A stretch of 63,354 bases of DNA, the filler included, from Phoronis australis (Eukaryota; Animalia; Phoronida): NCBI GenBank assembly GCA_002633005.1. It is 4 parts of 4 records of this genome, joined end to end, with 100 filler letters (N's around TTAATTAATTAA, not from the genome) between each part and the next. Parts side by side here need not be neighbours in the genome. Positions count along the whole stretch, not along the records: positions 10,309 to 36,936 come from NMRA01000898.1; 3 more parts are not named here. One strand, written 5' to 3'. Each line of letters starts with the position of its first letter. Positions within the stretch are counted from its first letter, which is position 1. Made by a program: the position numbers and the translations under genes. The notes beneath the pieces were generated by a model. It had not been told where the DNA came from. It made no database searches and was given only the letters and a program-made list of their open reading frames with translations. Shown piece after piece: positions 11,556 through 25,828 of the stretch.

Positions 11556-11735
11556 CGGTGACCTAAAGTCGTGAATATAAGCATTAAAAGCAGCTGATTG
11601 TCATACTACCCGATGTCCGTTAACAACTGATCATGTGATGTCATGGACATATATCAGCCTTCAGAAATCGACGTGTTTGACAAATCTTAACCCTTGTTTG
11701 TCTCAGTAAGCAGAGTTTTGAATCTGTCGCTCAAT
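11556..11735 (+). mobile_element. Terminal fragment of a TIR element, related to 31412-32210
   Basis: CGGTGACCTAAAGTCGTGAATATAAGCAT...GTAAGCAGAGTTTTGAA aligns by eye with 31412-31580. Confidence 0.7.
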
Positions 11736-14700
11736 GAGATAAACATAGACCTAACTCTAGCGGCGGACATTAAAATCCAAAGCGGGGCTCATTGCGATAA
11801 ACAAAGCGGAAATTTACATTGCGTGAGTTAAATGGCAGGTCTTTCGTGTCCAACCTGGATATTAAAAATGTGTCGATAATTAACCACAGAGGCGTAAAAA
11901 TACATTAGAGAAAAAGTCAATGCACCAAAGAGTTGTCTGACGAAAGGATATATATTTTTTCGGAAACCTAGGTTCGAAACATGAAAAGTAAATATGACCA
12001 AACCGCGGCGATCGTCACGGTAGTGTTACTTACGGATTAGGTATTATGCAGAATGCAGGGTTACGTTTATCCTTGTAAACTGTTGATAAAAATGCTTTCT
12101 ACACGAACAAGGTCATCTGCTTGTATTGTTGACGAGATGAAGATATATTCGACAGTGGTGGCTAATCGCAATTTTGCTGTCATGTGCAATTAGTCACATC
12201 TGGTTTAATTTGTTGATCAAAAGTATTAACATCAAGCATATAGCCTATGCCCTGGTGATTTGTCATTGATCTGAAAGAATAACTGATGTTGTTAAAGATA
12301 TTTTTGATTAAAATAAAAAACATCCTCGTAATTGAAAATAAAAATTATTTGACCATTTTTTTTAAATTTTGAAAAAACAAAATAAAAAACGAGCCCAGCC
12401 TCAGAAATCGCTTTCGCATTATATCCAGGTTCTCATTCACTCCATTGCGCACATTCACAAGAAATTATTTGACCATCAATTCTGCTTTCTTGGTTTTAAT
12501 AATTCTTATATACGTCTAGTTCATGTGTAAGGTTTCAAATATCAATCTGGACCAAGTTGAATTTTAAAATTAAATCACCTAACTCGTTCGTCCAAAGCAT
12601 AACCTTGTTTTTAGCTCAATTTCAGTTAACTGCACAGAGCAAGCATAAATATCATGTTTCTTCTGGGGCCTCGTTCATCCGCGGAAAGGTGCTTGTGTGC
12701 CTTCCTGAGAGGGGCATTTTTTCGACGAGTGAGGGGAAAATCTACCTCCCGATCATCATCAATACCACACCCGCACTGTGCTCTTTCAAATTGTCACCTA
12801 TGTGGATACAGGTGATTTGAACTTCGGAGAGAACTTTTCAATCATTAGGGGAATTTATAGGGCCTCGTGGGGGGAATTTCAGGGGATTTTTGAGAGAGGA
12901 ATAGGGCCGATATTCCGCCCCAAAATCGAGGGATTGAAGGCCCTGTCTTTTTTGGAAAGAAACATGCATCATCTTTCAACCCGTAGTCATGAAAACACAG
13001 CCTGGCTGACCGAAGATTCTCCGGTCGTTGCTATGACGCTCGGCAAACGTGATGGCAAAACATCTTTCTCACCGAGCTCACAGAAAACTCCAGATGTGTC
13101 AAGACCAGTGACGTCACTGGATATGTCAACATTTTCCCGACAATGCGAGATGTATTCTTTGCCCGGAACCGCCCAAACTACGCCAGATGGGAAATATTGT
13201 TTTACCAAAAGTTGAAATTCACAGACTTAACATTACATATATGTGAAGTGTTGAAAAACGATACGACTGGAACAGTCCGTATTTTTTATGTTTGATATGG
13301 TGTTCTATAAAAAGGTTGAAAACACCTCTGCGGCACCTGATATTGGGTCTGTATGCCGAGTGGTCGTGTTAGATTGCGTGGAAACTATCAAAGCTGTAAC
13401 GTAGACAAAAATTCTATTCATGTTGCGAACTTGTTATTCGAAATTCGTGGACAGAGCGAGTCCTGGCAGTTTTTCAGGTTAGTTTGATTGACATTTGCAC
13501 GATACAGATACATGTATGCGAACAATGGAACTGTTCGCTTCTTGTCTTCACAGTGAACATAAAACACGTTCAAATTAATTATTCATGTTGTATATGGTGC
13601 TCAGTCATCGTGGCGACGGCGCCAGGCATCCACATTGGAGGAGGGGGTATCCAACCACTGTGTGTAATCTTTTTGGAAATAGTGACTGATTTGCAGTTGA
13701 ATTAAATCAAGATTATAGTTTGTGTTTCACCTTTTCACTTTTAGTATTAATTTAACTTTTTTATTAATAGTACAGGCCCGTAGCCGTAGCCAGGGGAGTT
13801 CAGGGGGTTCAATCGAACTCCTCCCCCGCTGAAAAGGTACAGCCCAGCATTTTCGTTAAAGACAGGATATAAATGGACAACAACAACAACAATAACAAAA
13901 TTGTTGCAGCTACTGGCACTACTGACTACAATGATAATTAATTTAGCAATAATTTTGAATTTTCTTCTCATTAAAAGCGCTTCACGTGCATCGTGGTGTA
14001 CTCGGCCAACTTCGCCCTAGTGCCGCTGTTTGTGTAGATGACAGGAACGTGCATACGTTAAGAGGAGGCTTTATGTTATTCATAAACCACGTGCGTGGTG
14101 GCTACACCAAAGGGTAACAATGGAGTCTAGAAGTAAATGTCTATACCTGAGCACAAAAGTCTAGCCCCACGACCTACGTAAGCTACATGTCAGGGCAGTA
14201 GGAAGCGGGGGGCCAGTTCAGGGTTACACCGTGGCAACAGACATAGACGTGGGGCCGGTGACAGTCGAGAAAAGAAAGGTGGATAAGAGAGAAAATTCAA
14301 GAGAACATTTAACAACTCTGCATTAATGCATGGTTTACCTTTTGTGGACCCTGGCCAGAACATTGTCGTTAGGGTCTCCGTTTTTGCAGCGCAGGTCGTC
14401 TAAACGCACACATATGTTTCGAAAAATAGAGAAAATTTGTAAAGCGGAGCATTTGCGGAGCGTACTAATTTACGGGATGTTTAAATTCAATAAGTCAATT
14501 TTGCAAATGCAAAACTATATTTTTCCAGAAGCCCCTCTCTAGCAAGGGATAACGGACACAAATTTGGCTTTATTTTTTTCTCGAAACTGTATATCACTTG
14601 AGAAAAATTGATGACCTGACAGATTAAATCAATTGCTGCGCATTTCCTGATATTTGGATATATAGATATCTTCATTTTTAGGGGCCCCGGCATTGAAGGA

Positions 14701-15989
14701 GGCCATTGAGGACATTCAAGTGGCCACCTTTTTGTGTTTTTATTAAGAAATTCTTAAGGTACCGCTCACGGAGAAAGGGCCAAATGTTGAAATCGTTTAC
14801 CTCTATTTTCCTGTTTTTTTTTGAAATTGTGCAACCGGCTTTCGTGTTGAAGGAGATCACTCCCTGCATTGTTTTGGGACCACACGACAGTGGAATGAAA
14901 TGTCCCTCTATATATGTAAATCCGACACTGACAAGTATTCACGAGGAAAGTTAAGATTCCAAATTCATCAAAACACACTAAACATTCAAGCACAGCAAAG
15001 CCATTCGAGCCAAACAACCAAAAATGTGAAAAAAATACAGTGCGATTGCCGCCATCAAAGGGATGGAATTTTGAAGAGCGTGAAGATCACTACTTGTGAT
15101 TTACACAAAAAGACTATTTCCTATTGTTAGTTGTAAAACAATGATACTGTTTCCCGTAGTATCACAAGAATAGTATCTCTTTTGAGGATGGTTACTTTGA
15201 GTTGTTTGTAAGGAATTCCCACATGTGGAAAACACTGCTGTCTAGGCTACTATTTGTAATGAGCGCACACATGCCGACAGGGGTAGGCCTATTCAAAGGA
15301 CTCTTGCAATCATAAACAAAGATTTCAGCGTTTTTTGTCAGTGGAGTTCACGTTAACATCGTAAACCGTTATAGGTACCTCTGAAATGAGCCAGTATACA
15401 CCTTAATAGGAATGCCCCATCTCCCGTGTTCCATGGGTTACCCACCAAAAGTTTGAGCATGCTTGTGGAAATTGCTTATAAAATTCCGTTTTGATAAACA
15501 AATTCTTTGGTTTCTGATTTACTTGTTTATGTATCGACAACAATCGATGGATTCATAGATGATTTTTGACAATTAAGAGCAAATCTTGTAAGAACTGATG
15601 ATGTTTCAGTGAATTTAATAGCAGCCTGATGTTGGAAAAACCCTATAATTCGATAAAATAAGTCACAAAGACATTGATGAGATTCAGACACACAAACCGT
15701 AGACAGAAAAATCTTTTTAAAAATCCTTAAATAAACAAAATTAAACTCATTGCTTGGAAAGGTTGTCTTTGCACATCCTTGGTGTTTTTAGTTTTCAGTA
15801 GTATTGAGTAATGAATTTTTGTTCTTCAAAACTGAATTGATTGCTTGCCCTAATCCGCGTGCATGTCATGACTGACGTACCTACGTTAAAAAAGATGTCA
15901 ACATGCAGTAGGCCTGCGCAGAATGTCAGTGATCCACGAGAACTGAAATTGAACTCCAGGTGTTCAAGACATTTCGTTGCATGCAGAAT

Positions 15990-16672
15990 GTTGCTCGGCA
16001 TTATGCAAATGGTGGGTAAATCTGGCCCAACTCAGATATTTGATCGCGTGTGGAGGGGCTAATCCACCACTAGACTTGTCTCGCAGTGTTTGATCATGAT
16101 ACATGGGCTCACGTAGAATAATTTTCAACTTTGTTCATGCGGTTACCTCTTTTGTTGATTTACCTCAAAATTTGGCCTTTTCTTTAGTCGTCTGGTGGGG
16201 ACACCCCACCACTGAAATTGTCAGGCTTCTTACTTCTGTGCCATGTGCAGTGATGCTGAGTATCGTGCAATTGGTTTTAAACGGTTACCTAGTAGGTTAA
16301 TCTAGCTCAACTCAGAAATTTGGGCGTGTCTGGCGGGCTAACCCATCCCTAGATTTGTTTGGCAGTGTTTATTCGTGGTACCTGGGCTTACGGTGAATAT
16401 TTTGCAACTGGTTTTAAGCGGTCACCTCTTGGGTTGATCTAGCTCAAATTTTAACCCTTTTTGATAATTGTCTGGAAGGAGCACCCCACCACTGAAATTG
16501 TCACGCATCTAAATGTTGTGTTATGCACAGTGATGCTGAACATCGTGCAATTGGTTTCAAACGGTTACCTGTTGGGTTGATCTAGCTCTACTCGGGTATT
16601 TGGGCTTGTCTGGCGGGGCTAACCCACCACCAGATTTGCCTGGCAGTGTTCATTCGTAATACCTGGACTCAC
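15990..16672. repeat. Diverged tandem repeat, ~280-bp period (two ~140-bp subunits)
   Basis: TCT(G/A)GC(C/T)C.ACTC recurs at 16021, 16301 and 16581; ACCCCACCACTGAAATTGTCA at ~16203 and ~16483. Confidence 0.85.
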
Positions 16673-19026
16673 AGAAATATTATAATACTCAAGACTTACA
16701 TTTGCAAGTCACTGTATACTTTTTCACACTCCTAGAATCATCAGTAAAACTAAAATACCCTGTTCTGTTCTAGATGCGATAAACACCCACGGCTTCTCAC
16801 TAGCTTGAATTTCAAGATATTACAGGAACAAAGTATTAGATGCTTACTATTCAGTGACTCAATCGTCTTCTATATCCTCCGTGAATAACAGCATACAAAT
16901 AGTATCATGACACAGAAACACTGCTCATTCTTACACACACACGTGCATGGAAATACAAATGTATTTATCATTTACACATGTTGTATTTTAGTAATTCTTA
17001 TGTGAGTGAATAAAACGTTTTCTCTCTCTCCCTCTCCCTCTCCCTCTCCCCCTTCCCCCCNATCAATTTAATGCCGAATTCTTTTTCAAATTTCCGTTCA
17101 AATGGTCTGTTATCTCTGCTCATCATTTCCAAAATCGACAGTTTTGCAAGACAATTTTCACTAAAAAGTAAAGTTGGGGAAAGATATTTTTTGCTCAGTC
17201 ATCAAGATTAACTCCTTAGCTGTATGTTCAAAAATTTACATAAAGCTACAAGGTGCAATATGGTGGTAAGTGGGTCACAAAAACATCTGTGGATTATCGC
17301 CCCTGTCTATCACAAAGCTGTCAATTTGAATAAATGTCAAATAATTTTGCATGGTATACATAGGTTATTTAAGCCAAGAAAGCACAACTTTCAGTTTATT
17401 TCTTAAGTTACTTATTTTCGTTGCTGAAAACGTACAATTTTCGAGACGGCCAATATGACAAATCGTGGTCTAATGCTCCAGCGGCGAAATTAGGGGTCAT
17501 TGAGTGCACTAAATGTGGCATTTAGATTTTTGTGAGGCTACCTATCCATATACAATAAATGAAGTATTTTTAAATTTTGACGTATAGACTGATTTTTGAT
17601 ATCTGCTGGTTTTTATATAAACTGCCTCTTAATAACGTAATCTCGACCGTACGTTCATACGTCTACTCAAACAAAACATCATCAAGTTCAAGGTCAAAAG
17701 TAGAGCTCGTCACATGGCAATCTTGAGAACGGATTTGAGGACGAGGTTATCATCCATAGGTGACCCTTGTTTTGACGGAGGGTGGTGTTATTTTTCCTGG
17801 TAGTGCAAAGTCTGTAACTAGAACTGTTACTGGCAGAAAGGTTTGGTCTATGAGCTAGCGTAGGGGCAAGGAGAATTATGAACCGGATCCTCATAGAATT
17901 ATTCGTTAATACGTCGGTAGATGTCGGCCTATGTCGCGGCATACCGCGAAGTACATGGAAACTGACAAACACTTTGTATGGAATGACAATGTACAAAACC
18001 GCGACAAATCACGCATTTGCACAATCCTTCGGGTCCTTTTGTGAAAACCAGGATTTAATTGGGGACATAAAAAGTACACAAAGTGACTGATTTGTGGCCC
18101 ACTTCATACTATTCAGGAGAGTTAAACACAGTAAAAATGCTAGGCACCGTCGCTTTCAAGGCACATCAAAATCAAAACATGTAAAATGACTGGGGTAAAT
18201 CCTTTTTTTCTGTTTGTTATCGTGCAATTTCTAAGATTACTTCAATTTAACTGCACCTTTCAGAAACCGTGCAACATCATTTGTCGCTGGGGAAACGACA
18301 GCATAATTCCTAAAACGGCAGGCTGCCAGTGTTTGTGGACCTGTTCCTAGGATCGAGGGTTGAGCGGGCCCCTCTGCATGTGGAAGTTGGTTGCCGTTTT
18401 GTTGTTATTTAAACAATGTTAGCAGAATGCCGACTTGAGGGGGTATAGGTACACATCTCAACTATAATGAAACGCAAGTCTTGGACCACCCGGAAGGCCT
18501 ATCAATTTTGGAGTGAATTGAATCATTTCAACTGGACTTGGCAAAAAGGCCTAGCATAAGCTAGTGCCCGAACGCAGTTGCCATCTTCCATTTGAAATGG
18601 ACGGGAGGTCATCGATGACCTAAGACATTTTCATTAGTAAATCCAGTTGAAATGATTCAATTCACTCCACACATCTCAACTATCTATCTTTGACTTTATT
18701 TATGATGTCCCCAGTTTACAGTCCAGTTAAATTACTAATACTTTTGAGCTTGCCTCTTCAGTGGTATTACGAGTTAGTTTGTAGCTGACGAAAGCTCGCT
18801 TAAACTCTTCACACCATGGACATTAATGCTTGAATTCGGTTACCAACAATTTTAGTATGGTATCTTAAGTATTTCTTTTTCAATTTGCGCACTTGTAGTC
18901 AAGAAATAAAGGCAAAAACCTCAATTAAGTTGGACGTCATCAGTAGAAGTCCGTTTTCCGCCGTTGTGTTGTTCTACAACAGCCGTGAATAGATGTGGTA
19001 TCGAAAAGAGTTCAATGTTACCTGAG

Positions 19027-19260
19027 ATGAGCATTACGAAAAGGTGCGCGTGTAGAGGATGCAATAATAGCAATGCGACAGACAACATTCAAGTTTTTGT
19101 GTTATCAAAAGACCCTAAGGTAGCCCAGAAATGGCACAAACTAGTGTGTCGGACATGGGTATGGCAGTACACGATAGAGCAAGCGATCAGTTCAGGGGCC
19201 ACGTTGTGCCAGTTTTGAAGAATCGTGCTTCGACCTGTCACAGAAACTAAGAACTGGTGA
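19027..19260 (+). pseudogene. THAP (C2CH) DNA-binding domain remnant, transposon-derived
   Basis: MSITKRCACRGCNN...VFVLSKDPKVAQKW...R.W...TLC, then after a frameshift FEESCFD; matches the THAP pattern C-x4-C...(FP)KD...W...CS.HF...F. Confidence 0.7.
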
Positions 19261-20133
19261 AAGTTTCTCCAGCGTGTAAATGTGTTTGATGGACAAAAGA
19301 AGTGTATTGTGTTGATCCCCTGCTGGAACCGTGCTTGTCAGTCGAACATGTTACCTCGACATCAAATTGTGACTGAAAAAATGCATGGATTGCAGTAAGA
19401 AAGTTCTCATCATGCTATTCCTGGTAAAGATTTTTGGACATGCATGCTTTTCACGTACACTTAACTGATCAGAAGTAGAAAGTGGAATGTAGATCACAGC
19501 CAACTAGTGAAGGGGTCACGTCTGTAGGCGCAACAAACGGACATTGGTCCGAAATAATGGATGAATCAGAACGGCACAAAGTTTTCATAAGTGTGGAGCA
19601 GGCGAGACAGAAACGAGTATGACTTACTAGAAATAAAATCCCTTTAGCATCTCAATTATTGGATATGATTGTTCCTGACAAACGCCTTTTGCATTTGAAG
19701 AAACGAAATCAAAGTGACCGTTATTTGAGATTGGGCTTTGATTGTCGAGACACAAACTTCAACTATAAATTTACATGCATATTACTCGACCCTAAATTGG
19801 TTAGAAAATTAAATCATATCTTAATGAAAGGCTATAATTACCGGTCTGTCGATGTTTTTTTTTTACCTATTGCCCAGTGTCGTTTTCTCCCCCCCCCCCC
19901 CATGCCCGTACCTTTCTTTCTAATACTCGTCAACTTCTCTCTCTAAATTTACAAAATAATCTCACAGACGTCTTCCACTCACTCTAGTACAACACGCCAA
20001 TTCTTCTTTACTGACGAATACACCCCGACATCATGAGGTTGGGTCACGTGGGTACTGTTCGGGAGTACGCATTCTGCGATGACATCCTTACTCAGATGTG
20101 ATGGTAGTTTTTCTTCCATTAGAACCTTTCTTG

Positions 20134-22040
20134 CTGCGTTTTTCCGCGCCCAAAGAACTGTGATATTACGAAACTAGGATTGGAACGTTATAGCGTCGAA
20201 CCACCCCGGATTTGACCTGTTGTAGTGGGGTTTCTGTGGCCCACCCCTGAGGAACTCTACATAACAAGATAAATCAAAAACAAACAAAACGTAAAGTGGC
20301 CAGCCTACTTTGTCTGGTGCAGAAGAAGCAGCCTTCTCCGACTGTTTCGTTAATGGCAGACTGATTTTCTTAAACCTGAGGTTGCACTGGCGAGAACATT
20401 CCCTCCTTACGCTGTGTATGTCCAAACACCTGCGGAACACTTGGACTGAAGGTGGGTATATCCATTTTTTATTGCAACAAATACCTTTTTAGTCAAAATC
20501 CGTGTTCGGGATTCTAATTTATGTTCCCTTTGTAACAATGCTCCAGGGACGCTGTCACACCTTTTGGGGAATGTCGCTTTGTACAAGATATTCGGAAAGC
20601 TAATGCAAAGGTCTCGCATTCAGCTTGCCAACAGTCTCTTACGAACGAGTTATTCTAGGACTTTATGAGACGCATGATTTTCCATTTAAAAATTTTGCCT
20701 CTAATAGCCAAACAGTGCATTTACACGGAGAGATGTCACAAAAATATTCCTAATTTTAAGAGGTATATTACGTATACTTATGAGTACTGTAATGCTGAAA
20801 AATAATTGCATATAAAAACTCTGTATTGTATATGACAGCTTCTCTGCGAAATGGGAAAATTTCATTGTTCATGTAGAAGTTGTTTACTTTATACGATATA
20901 CGAGAATGGTCTTTCCTGAGGTGCACCAGCGTGAATGAATAGATGTACTTATTTGTTCGTTTGTTTGTTTTTGTACTGTTTTATAAATGATAGTAAATAC
21001 CTGAAAAAATTTATGCTTCATTTTGGCTCATCGTTCCTTCATTGGCGGAGTTGCACAACATCCCACAGGTCGTCCAGGGAATATTTGNCTGCGTTTTTCC
21101 GCGCCCAAAGAACTGTGATATTACGAAACTAGGATTGGAACGTTATAGCGTCGAACCACCCCGGTTTTGACCTGTTGTAGTGGGGTTTCTGTGGCCCACC
21201 CCTGAGGAACTCCACATAACAGGATAAATCAAAAACAAACAAAACGTAAAGTGGCCAGCCTACTTTGTCTGGTGCAGAAGAAGCAGCCTTCTCCGACTGT
21301 TTCGTCAATGGCAGACTGATTTTCTTAAACCTGAGGTTGCAGTGGCGAGAACATTCCCTCCTTACGCTGTGTATGTCCAAACACCTGCGGAACACTTGGA
21401 CTGAAGGTGGGTATATCCATTTTTATTGCAACAAATACCTTTTTAGTTAAAATCCGTGTTCGGGATTCTAATTTATGTTCCCTTTGTAACAATGCTCCAG
21501 GGACGCTGTCACACCTTTTTGGGAATGTCGCTTTGTACAAGAAATTCGGAAAGCTAATGCAAAGGTCTCGCATTCAGCTTGCCAACAGTCTCTTACGAAC
21601 GAGTTATTCTAGGACTTTATGAGACGCATGATTTTCCATTTAACATTTTGCCTCTAATAGCCAAACAGTGCATTTACACGGAGAGATGTCACAAAAATAT
21701 TCCTAATTTTAACAGGTATATTACGTATACTTATGAGTACTGTAATGCTGAAAAATAATTGCATATAAAAACTCTGTATTGTATATGACAGCTTCTCTGC
21801 GAAATGGGAAAATTTCATTGTTCCTGTAGAAGTTGTTTACTTTATACGATATACGAGAATGGTCTTTCCTGAGGTGCACCAGCGTGAATGAATAGATGTA
21901 CTTATTTGTTCGTTTGTTTGTTTTTGTACTGTTTTATAAATGATAGTAAATACCTGAAAAAAATTATGCTTCATTTTGGCTCATCGTTCCTTCATTGGCG
22001 GAGTTGCACAACATCCCACAGGTCGTCCAGGGAATATTTG
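20134..22040. repeat. ~953-bp tandem duplication joined by a single N (21088); probable haplotype/contig-overlap artefact
   Basis: 20134-21087 is nearly identical to 21089-22040, with scattered substitutions and small indels. Confidence 0.85.
20462..20880 (+). mobile_element. L1/Tx1-like LINE ORF2 3' remnant (zinc-binding region); second copy ~21415-21835
   Basis: IATNTFLVKIRVRDSNLCSLCNNAPGTLSHLFGECRFVQ (C-x2-C-x7-H-x4-C), then AKQCIY..RC...PNF...EKIIA; frameshifted. Confidence 0.75.
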
Positions 22041-25000
22041 AGATTGACATTCTTATTAACGTATTGGCGTCTCATACTGAAGAACAAATGAGTTGAAAAT
22101 ATTAAAAAATTAGCCCAAAACAAAAATCAACGGGGTGAACTCGGCAGCCCATGTCAACTTCACCCGGCATACTTGCTAACTTCACCCCGTCCTCGTAAAA
22201 TAAATGTGTCGTCTATATTTGTTAACGGGAAGGCTAAATAACATATATGTGGCTGTGGCTAATATCAATGAATGTACCTTGTATCAAAAGTAGTTCTTTC
22301 CTGTCTCCAGAGTTTATCAACCGTACAGTAGTAACCAATTTTAAAATTCACACATTTTGGGGTTAAAAAAATCGAGGTATACTATACGTCAAACACTCCT
22401 AGCACACCACTTCAAAATGGCAAATGAAGTACAGCTACTGCTCTTCGTCGCAAACTGTAAAACTTCGTTACAAAACACCAGGTGTCTCTGCTATAAGAGA
22501 TTACAAGAAACACTTTCACTTGGCCAACTCCCCCCACCCCCTCCCTCGCCAACCAACTTCCCCCCATTTTACGGTAAGTTTTGGACCGGTTCACTTCAAT
22601 AGCATGATTCTGTAAGGGCACAACGAGTTCTCCAGCCCTCTGCCGTCATGATCGGAATTTCAGTTTCCGAGTAATTTGACTTTTCATAGGAACATAGAAA
22701 CTTCTGGCAGGATTTGAACTAACTCACCATAAGTCATGGAGTCTCGTTCAGGTGGCGCACACTTGTTCAACAGCCCTCAAAAGCTTTAACGGTTGCTCCT
22801 ATCAAGCATAGAGACACGTTAACTAAGTCTTCACCATCCATTTTATTTGCTTTGAAGTAAATGTTCACACATCGCCAATAGAAATTCTATTTCTCAGTGT
22901 TGGGGATAAATATGGCCAACTGGTCTACCTGAATGTGCGAATTCGATCTCGCTTGTTCTATATACTCTGGTTCTAAGAGGGCCACTGTCTAATTTTCAAA
23001 AAAATGACCAGGTTTTCTACCGGAAAATTGACGTTTGGCTTACCGGAAGGTTTTAATCTGAATGCGTACGCCAACTTCCTGGTAAAAATTGTCAGCTGAC
23101 AGTCAATCAAAACCGTCGTTACAATGCCAAGGGCCTCTATCCCTGACGTCAGAGTGTGAGCTGGGAACCAAGTTAACCTTGACCATTATCACATGAGTGA
23201 CTCTCTGGTGATAGATAGCTTCGATGCACACCGACGTTGAGCATTCTCACTTGTGGTGGAACGATATACAACTTTTAGAATTTCGATTCGATTCTTTTTA
23301 GGAGGAATTTGATTAATTTCGATTCGATTGTTGTTTCTACAAATGAATTCAACTAACGAAACATCTTAAGCTGCTTGTTTGTTCAATGTCACAAGAGCAA
23401 TCCGCAAAAGATGGGAGTAACTCGTAACTGTCGAGTAATTAAGTCTCATTCTGCCGTACTATCCCTTTCAGAGATTAGTTTCAAGTCACTCGATAGATGT
23501 CGCTAGGAGTTTTCTAGTGATGACGCTGTGTGTTCGACAGTATTCTTTTTATCGGATTTGTTGAGGGATTGGCAGCCATTGGCCGTGTTAGGGAGGGTAG
23601 TTTGTAAGTAGGTGACATGATTAAAATGTATTTTTCCATTTAGTAACCCTTTAAAAGTTCTGCAAAATTTGAATAGTTGGTTGCATTGTGTGCATATGAC
23701 CTTAGTTCCAATCACTGACACTCGCGATTCTTGAATCCAAGACAACTCATTCTGAAGCAGAGACAATATCTGGGACTGGGGGATATTTTATTTCAGGGCT
23801 ACGGCGACTAACGGGATTGGGAAAACTGAATGCAACTCTCTGACTAATAGGATAACGTACTACATTAATGTTTAGTGTTGACCCGGCCATACACGTGGTG
23901 TGTGAGGTTGAAGCGCTGTGGATAACTTTTCAATCGCGCATTGAAATGGTACGAATGTTTGGTGGTTCACGATTCTTGGTTAAAGTGCTTGGATGAAACC
24001 TTGATCTTGGGGGTATACGATGGCACACAGCAGTAGACTCAGGGCAGACATTTGCGACAAGATCTAAAATCTTTTTCTGATGAAGAAAATCTTCCCTCCC
24101 AGAACTGATCCGAGAATTAAAAAAATCAATGTTATAGAGAACACGAAAATTGGAGCCAAATCAGGTCAACGTAAGCAGTAGACTTGGAGAGATATTGATG
24201 CCCATTGGAAGCACAGCTGACACAATCGGAGAAATGCAGCGACAAAAAATTAAAGGGTACCTCTAAAAATGAAGGCCAGAGAGAACGTTTTATCAGTGAA
24301 AAAATTGCAAAGTAAAACAGTGAGGGTCCCATTGGCTGACGTAGGATATCACGAGGGGACATTTTCATTTCGTAATTGATTCGCCCAACACACGTTCACA
24401 CATTAAAGTACATGCTCACGATTAGCCGCAACATAATAAATGTCCAAATTTATTTTCGTGTCAGTTTAGTGTCGATTCTTGCGGCGATGAGTGGGGCAGG
24501 ATCCCTGCCCGGCATCATTAGATTGGGGACCAATTGAGGTGGAAATTAGGCAGAAGAATCAGAGGAATACCTCTTCAGTCAAATCCGGAGCGCTTATGAC
24601 CACCCCGGCCAACCCGCGATCGAGAACGACCGGAAAGCGATCGAGAATGAAACCGGTTGCGAGAAGCGAAGCCAGGCAAGGTGAGTAACTTTAATTTGAT
24701 GAATTTACGTTGTTTTTACTTCCAATGTGAAAACAGAGACATGTGAGTTCAAGGCGTAACAGAATGAGGAAGGGCAAGTAGAGGTTTGGGCTGGTGTCTG
24801 TTCCAATTATTGGAGATAAGTTACGTTGAACGAGGCATCGGCTGAGTCAAAGGTGATTCGTATGTCATTTTGGCAAATTGCGGTTATTTTTGGCACTAAA
24901 TCAATAAATTGACCATGAAGTTATGAAGAAGTGACTTGTGAAAATATAACACAATGCTTGTTTTTCGTAGTTTTGCTAGGATCTATAATTTTTCAACACT

Positions 25001-25524
25001 TTTCTGTTGAAAGATGCGATCGAGAACGCAAAGATAAGCTATCGGAAACGCAAATTTTCGTTTGTTTATGCGATCGAGAACGCATCGTGGTGTGCCGAAC
25101 AGTTATGTACTTTTTACTTATAAAACGTGAAAAGGGTTACAAAATAAATGTGGTGCAATGAATTAATCACATTTTGAGTCATTACTGTTACTTTCGTTTC
25201 CAAAGTAAACAACATCATAGCATTACCATTAAATTAAAATGAGCGACTACATGTACATCAAGCCCTATTTTAATTATAGATATTTTCACAAATGAATTTA
25301 TTTTCATTTGAGGAAACACGTTCATTGTTATTATTGTGAGGCGAGATTCAACGAACAGATTAATCAGGGGGTGAAAGCACACCCTACCAGGGATTTGAAA
25401 TACAGAAATATACTTTTAGACGAAACCAAGTGGAACAAGTGTTTCTAAACTAAGACTCACCCAGCAATTGTCCCATGTGGCGTGTAAGCCAGGAGTAAAC
25501 AAATTGTTGATGCAGATGAAAGCA

Positions 25525-25828
25525 GTGGAGGGGGTGTCAAGGGGGCCATGCACCCTGAAATTCTCTCAGATACCATTTGGCAGTCCGGGGTGCGAATTGC
25601 CGACTAGCATATGCGCGCACCCAAGTGGGCTCGAGGGGTTAATGCTCAATTCATAGGCCTTGAACAAACCCCGTGTACCTTTTTTAGTAATAAGGTCCAC
25701 AAACCCAAAAATTCGAGGCCCCTGCATCCCTACATTTTAGGCTGGGCGCGCGCATGTGGCAAAATTCTGACTATTCCTTTGTCCTGCCCCCCCACCCCCT
25801 CTAACTCAAAATCCTGGATCCGCCCCTG
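25525..25828 (-). mobile_element. GGGGCGGATCCAGGATTT-terminated MITE family (relatives at 28048-28196, 33433-33610, 33816-34086, 34086-34228, 39500-39618, 54176-55158, 60555-60582)
   Basis: Shared terminus AAATCCTGGATCCGCCCCTG; interior of 25550-25828 aligns with 33850-34086. Confidence 0.75.

Noticed and set aside
20134-22040. Apparent recent tandem duplication or LTR pair
   Set aside because: The copies abut at a single N, the same pattern as at 33611 and 61441. This points to unmerged contig/haplotype overlap; no TG..CA ends or internal domain.
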